Virus record (IMG/VR): IMGVR_UViG_3300045988_000798
Location: 1 to 19,147 of that record
Length of the DNA stretch: 19,147 nt
From: a virus
Strand: one strand, 5' to 3'
Shown here: one piece after another, positions 15,079-19,147 of the stretch
Position numbering within the stretch: position 1 is the stretch's first letter
Layout: the number at the start of each line of letters is the position of its first letter
The notes under the pieces: generated by a model
Database searches by the model: none
Seen by the model: the letters and a program-made list of their open reading frames with translations, nothing else
Told to the model about the DNA's origin: nothing
Translations under genes and position numbers: made by a program

Positions 15079-18000
15079 TCTATTTATTCGATAAGGATGA
15101 AAAACTTATCAAGATTATTCGCAAGCCTGCCATTAAGACGGCATTGCAAAAATTCAGTCTTACCACTGAAAATTACGTTTCAGACCGCTTGACTGTCGAA
15201 ATGAAAGCCTTGAGGGATGACGAACTAGCAAAACTGGAATACATGGCTATTCAGTCAATCGACGATACCCATAAATTCCATTACTTCTATATCGCCCAAG
15301 GGAATACCAAAGGGGATATCACAACGCTTGTCGGTGTTCAATCTGGTATCGAGGAGCTACGCAAGACGGTTGTTTACGACAAGCGTCCGACAGACCAACG
15401 TGCTAGACCGGTTATTGAATGGCTTTTAACTGGGACGAACTGGTCCCCTCGGTTTATTGCTGAAACAAACCCAAAGAGCACTAATTTCTATTACATTTCC
15501 ACGTTTGATGCTTTGAAAAAAGTGTGTAAGGTGTGGGGCTTAGAAATGCAGTTCTTTGTTGAAATGAACGGAAGTCAGATTGGTGCTAGATACATTGATT
15601 TCAAGCGTAAAGTAGGTGAAGCCGTCGGTAAGCGTGTAGTTTACGGGCATAACGCCCTTGAAATTCTGCAAGAGGTTGAGAAGACAAACCTATACACTGC
15701 CTTGGTAGGGCGTGGAAAAGGGGAACAAGTCAGCTCAGCGGAAGATACTGGAAAAGACGCTGACGGGTACGGGCGCAAAATCAACTTTGAGGAAATTGTC
15801 TGGTCGAAAGCCAAAGGGGACCCACTAGACAAGCCCCTTGGTCAGAAATACCTTGAAATTCCAGAAATGACCGCTAAATACGGCATTAAACAACCAGACG
15901 GCAAGATGCGCCCAAAGATTGGCTTTGTCGAATTTAGCGAGGAAGAAGACAAGAACGAACTTATCAAGCAGACTTACGATGCTTTGATTGAGTCTTCAAG
16001 ACCTAAACTGACACTTAAAACGTCAACGGTTTATCTCAAGGGCGTCCAAATTGGTGACACTATCCGAGTGGTCCGACATGACAGACACCTTGATTATGAT
16101 ACACGTATCTTTGAAATCACATTCAACCGCTTAAACAACGAATCTAGCGACATCAAGCTAGGGGACCGAGTTAGCGAGAGCAATGACGCAAAGGTACAGA
16201 GTACCGTCAACAAGGCTCTTGACGAGTTTAAAGCTGGTGAGTTTACTGAGTTTGTCAAAAAGCTGCCAGAGTTTATCCCGTCAGCTAATGGTTTTAACCA
16301 TAACTGGTACACAAGCACTGATCCAACAGAATCTCACCCTGGACAAGTCCTAATCAATGATTCTTGGTACAAACCAGACCCAGAACATGAGGGACACACT
16401 ATCATGTATCGCTGGACTGGGGAAATGTGGCAAGAGGTACTGAGAACATGGGACGGCACGGGGCTTCAAGACAAAATCAAGAAAGAATTCGAGAAAGTCG
16501 CAGCCGACATGGCTAAACAGCAATCAGAACACGACAGAGTGGTTGCTGAAATCACAGCCAAGGCCACTAATGCGGAAACATTAGCCAGTTCAGCTAAATC
16601 AACCGCAGAGGACGCTTTTAACCGTCTGAATGATGTTAAGAGCGAAGCTATCGCAGAAGCTCGTTACTTGGACACAGTCGAGCGTGCAGAGACAGAGAAG
16701 AAGATTGCTGCATCTAAAAAAGACGCACTATCAGAAGCTGTCAAACTGGTCGATAATGCTAAAAGTACGCTAAACACGGACTTATCAGAGACTGAAAAGA
16801 GAGTTGAAGCTCTAAAAGGTTCTATTGGTACATTGTCAAATGACACGTCAGTACAGTTTGCCAAGATCAATAACGCCCTCATTTCAGTAGCTAGCAAGCA
16901 AGACGTTGACAAAGTCAGTCAGCGCGTGTCTAATGCTGAGACGGTTTTGACACAGCAAGCAGGGCAGATTTCAGCCAAAGCTAGCAAAGAGGAAGTCAAT
17001 GCTGTTTCTGGGCGTCTAAACAAGGCTGAGAGCTCGTTGACAGTGCAGGCTGGGCAAATCAGCCAGAAAGCCAATAAGCAGGACGTAGACACGCTGACAG
17101 GGCGTGTGAATCGTGCTGAAACGTCTATCACTCAGCAAGCGGACATGATTGCATCCAAAGCCAATAAGCAAGAACTTGACAATGTCAATAATCGAGTGCT
17201 AAACGCAGAAAGTCGTATCACTCAGCAAGCTAACGAGATTAGCCAACGAGTGAAGACAAGCGATTTTAATAATGCTACTCAGAGACTTGCGACGACTGAG
17301 AGCTCAATCACTCAACTAGGAAATAAAATCACTACTGAGATTAGTAGAGTAGACAGTAAGATTCCGACAGACTTTGGCAGTCGTAACTTGATTTTGAAAT
17401 CAGCAGATTTCGAGAATCTACACCGTCAACCCGGAGGAGACGGAAATACTACTACTACTACTACGGACGGGCAAGCTTTCCTAATCAAGTCTCATAGCTA
17501 TTCGAGCGACGTTTACGGTGGTATCTCATGGAACATGGCTATTCCAGAGATTAAAGCCGGTGAAACATTCTCGCTCTTGGTTCCGGTTTACATCGACAGC
17601 GGGGTAGACATTGACCGTGGCGCTATGATTATCATTAAAAATCATAAAAACAATGACAATCTAGTTGCTTACAATATCCCGACAGACCTCAAAAATGAGT
17701 GGTTTGACGTTAAGCTGATTTTCACTGCCGGCAAGGACATCACCCTCGGTGGATGGCCGTTCTATATTACAGTTATTAGAAACGGCTATTTAAAAATCAA
17801 GCCACCTATGCTCGTCAGAGGGACGCTCATTCCCTTGCAGCATACAGTGGCCCCAGAGGACACAGAAGCTGAAGTCAGCACGGTTAAAACGACGATAACG
17901 CAGACCGAGCAGGGTGTCAGTCAGCTATCTCAGAAACAATCTGAAACAGATAGCCGCATGACTAACGCTGAAACTACGGTCAATCACTTGGTCGATGAAG

Positions 18001-19147
18001 TATCATCAAAAGTGTCTAAGACTGATTTTGACAAACTGTCTAAGAGCGTAGCGGCTAATAGTACCGCAATCACTCAGACTGATAACAAAATCAGTTTGAA
18101 AGCAGACCGGACAGAAGTCCAAACTGCTAAAGCTACGGCTGACAGTGTAGTGTCTAAAAGCCAAGAGTTAGAGCGTAAAATCAACCAGACTAATGCAGAA
18201 TTACGTGTTACAGCCGATTCTATTGCTCAGAAGGTTTCAAGAGTTGATTTTGACAATCTTGGAAATAAAGTCACTAACGCTGAAACGCAAATCAGCACGT
18301 TGGCTGGCAAGATTGAAACTAAAATCTCTAGGGTTGACCTAGATAGTGCTATTGATAGAAAAGGCTTTTTGAAAGAGTCTGACGTCAACAGATTGGTCGA
18401 TAACAAAGGTTTTGCGACGGCTACGGCTGTAACTAACCTTATCCAACAATCTGAGCAAGGGACAACGCAGCTTATTAGCGAGGTCAAAAAGCAGATTCCG
18501 TCAATTGACACGCTTTCTGTTGGTGGTGAGAACTTGATCCGTAACTCAGCATTTCCGGATAACTTGGACGGTTGGGGATATTGGGAAGCACCACAACCTA
18601 ACTCGAATTTATCTGTGTCAAGTCATTCATTCTATTACAACGGTTCTAAGCCGTTGTTTTTGCTTTCAACAACAACAACAACAACGCCTAGCGCTACGAT
18701 GAGATTTCCAGTGAAACGAAATACCACTTATTCCCTTAATGTTTCGATTTTGGCAGGCGGTAACCTAAAGGGGATGGATATCTATTTTCTTGGGCGCAAG
18801 TCAAATGAAACTGAAACATTTAGCAAAGTAGTTAACATCAAGCATTTCGACGGTTCGCCATCCACAAGCGGTGTTAAGAAATTTCACTTCACTTTCAACT
18901 CTGGAGACTGTGATGAAGGTTTCATCCGTGTCGATAATACGGGTACTACTAACGGCAGTCAGTCTATGTTATTCTTCGCCGAACTGGACTGCTACGAGGG
19001 TACTATGGACCGTTCTTGGCAACCGTCTCCGAAGGACGCAAGCCAAGAGGTGACAGTCAAGTTCAATGAAATCAAGTCTACCGTTGACGGTTTCAGCCGG
19101 ACAATCGGTGAACACGGCAAGTCTATTTCGCAAATTATCCAAGAGGC
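15075..19147 (+). CDS. Tal-like tail-associated / host-recognition protein, 3' end beyond the window (at least 1357 codons)
   Basis: This ORF is not in the supplied track. The ATG at 15075 overlaps the Dit stop as ATGA, with GGAGGG upstream. I translated the frame by eye and it is open to the last base. The N-terminal ~400 aa (MIYLFDKDEKLIK...) resemble the prophage tail endopeptidase / minor structural protein N-terminal region. These are followed by coiled-coil repeats and two CBM-like modules. Confidence 0.85.
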   Translation, partial: MIYLFDKDEKLIKIIRKPAIKTALQKFSLTTENYVSDRLTVEMKALRDDELAKLEYMAIQSIDDTHKFHYFYIAQGNTKGDITTLVGVQSGIEELRKTVVYDKRPTDQRARPVIEWLLTGTNWSPRFIAETNPKSTNFYYISTFDALKKVCKVWGLEMQFFVEMNGSQIGARYIDFKRKVGEAVGKRVVYGHNALEILQEVEKTNLYTALVGRGKGEQVSSAEDTGKDADGYGRKINFEEIVWSKAKGDPLDKPLGQKYLEIPEMTAKYGIKQPDGKMRPKIGFVEFSEEEDKNELIKQTYDALIESSRPKLTLKTSTVYLKGVQIGDTIRVVRHDRHLDYDTRIFEITFNRLNNESSDIKLGDRVSESNDAKVQSTVNKALDEFKAGEFTEFVKKLPEFIPSANGFNHNWYTSTDPTESHPGQVLINDSWYKPDPEHEGHTIMYRWTGEMWQEVLRTWDGTGLQDKIKKEFEKVAADMAKQQSEHDRVVAEITAKATNAETLASSAKSTAEDAFNRLNDVKSEAIAEARYLDTVERAETEKKIAASKKDALSEAVKLVDNAKSTLNTDLSETEKRVEALKGSIGTLSNDTSVQFAKINNALISVASKQDVDKVSQRVSNAETVLTQQAGQISAKASKEEVNAVSGRLNKAESSLTVQAGQISQKANKQDVDTLTGRVNRAETSITQQADMIASKANKQELDNVNNRVLNAESRITQQANEISQRVKTSDFNNATQRLATTESSITQLGNKITTEISRVDSKIPTDFGSRNLILKSADFENLHRQPGGDGNTTTTTTDGQAFLIKSHSYSSDVYGGISWNMAIPEIKAGETFSLLVPVYIDSGVDIDRGAMIIIKNHKNNDNLVAYNIPTDLKNEWFDVKLIFTAGKDITLGGWPFYITVIRNGYLKIKPPMLVRGTLIPLQHTVAPEDTEAEVSTVKTTITQTEQGVSQLSQKQSETDSRMTNAETTVNHLVDEVSSKVSKTDFDKLSKSVAANSTAITQTDNKISLKADRTEVQTAKATADSVVSKSQELERKINQTNAELRVTADSIAQKVSRVDFDNLGNKVTNAETQISTLAGKIETKISRVDLDSAIDRKGFLKESDVNRLVDNKGFATATAVTNLIQQSEQGTTQLISEVKKQIPSIDTLSVGGENLIRNSAFPDNLDGWGYWEAPQPNSNLSVSSHSFYYNGSKPLFLLSTTTTTTPSATMRFPVKRNTTYSLNVSILAGGNLKGMDIYFLGRKSNETETFSKVVNIKHFDGSPSTSGVKKFHFTFNSGDCDEGFIRVDNTGTTNGSQSMLFFAELDCYEGTMDRSWQPSPKDASQEVTVKFNEIKSTVDGFSRTIGEHGKSISQIIQE
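16893..17342 (+). repeat. Five tandem in-frame 90-bp (30-aa) repeats inside the Tal-like gene
   Basis: Units start at 16893, 16983, 17073, 17163 and 17253. The approximate consensus is (S/N)KxxVDxVxxRVxxAExxITQQAxxISxKA. Confidence 0.85.
17448..17462 (+). repeat. (ACT)5 microsatellite, then ACG, encoding Thr6
   Basis: ACTACTACTACTACT followed by ACG, in frame, within the first CBM-like module. Confidence 0.95.
18669..18683 (+). repeat. (ACA)5 microsatellite, then ACG, encoding Thr6
   Basis: ACAACAACAACAACA followed by ACG, in frame, within the second CBM-like module. Confidence 0.95.

Noticed and set aside
16893-18400. Tandem repeats as a CRISPR array or a diversity-generating retroelement target
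   Set aside because: The repeats are contiguous, in frame and coding, with no spacers. There is no reverse transcriptase or template repeat in the window.

Overview
This window is the late (packaging, head, tail) module of a siphovirus or prophage, with every gene on the plus strand. The gene set looks like that of a low-GC Gram-positive (Streptococcus-like) phage. In order it holds a YopX-domain gene cut by the left edge, a hypothetical gene with an internal duplication, and a 714-nt noncoding gap. These are followed by an ArpU-type late regulator, small and large terminase, an SPP1-type portal, a gp7/Mu-F-like minor head protein, scaffold and major capsid. Next come head-tail connectors, the major tail protein, a gpG/gpT-like chaperone pair, the tape measure protein (TMP), Dit, and a very large Tal-like tail-tip protein that runs off the right edge.

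I see no CRISPR array, canonical tRNA or rRNA, integrase, reverse transcriptase or recognisable defence system. Three things go beyond routine annotation:

1. The TMP gene is split by a 285-nt ORF-less insert (11655..11939). It has group I intron hallmarks: a P1 helix with a U.G pair at the 5' splice site, a contiguous P10 guide for the 3' exon, a terminal G, R/S-like core pairing and GNRA-capped hairpins. Removing it restores the conserved TMP motif MLDNLKLG|YGGT in frame.
2. The noncoding gap contains two homologous, roughly 43-nt, anticodon-less tRNA-like minihelices with perfect GGTTCGAnTCC T-arm motifs, plus direct repeats.
3. An open ORF of at least 1357 codons (15075 to the window end) is missing from the supplied ORF track. 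It encodes a modular Tal-like protein with a 5 x 90-bp coding tandem repeat and two carbohydrate-binding-like modules, each carrying a Thr6 run built on a triplet microsatellite.

All family assignments come from motif recognition by eye. No searches were run.
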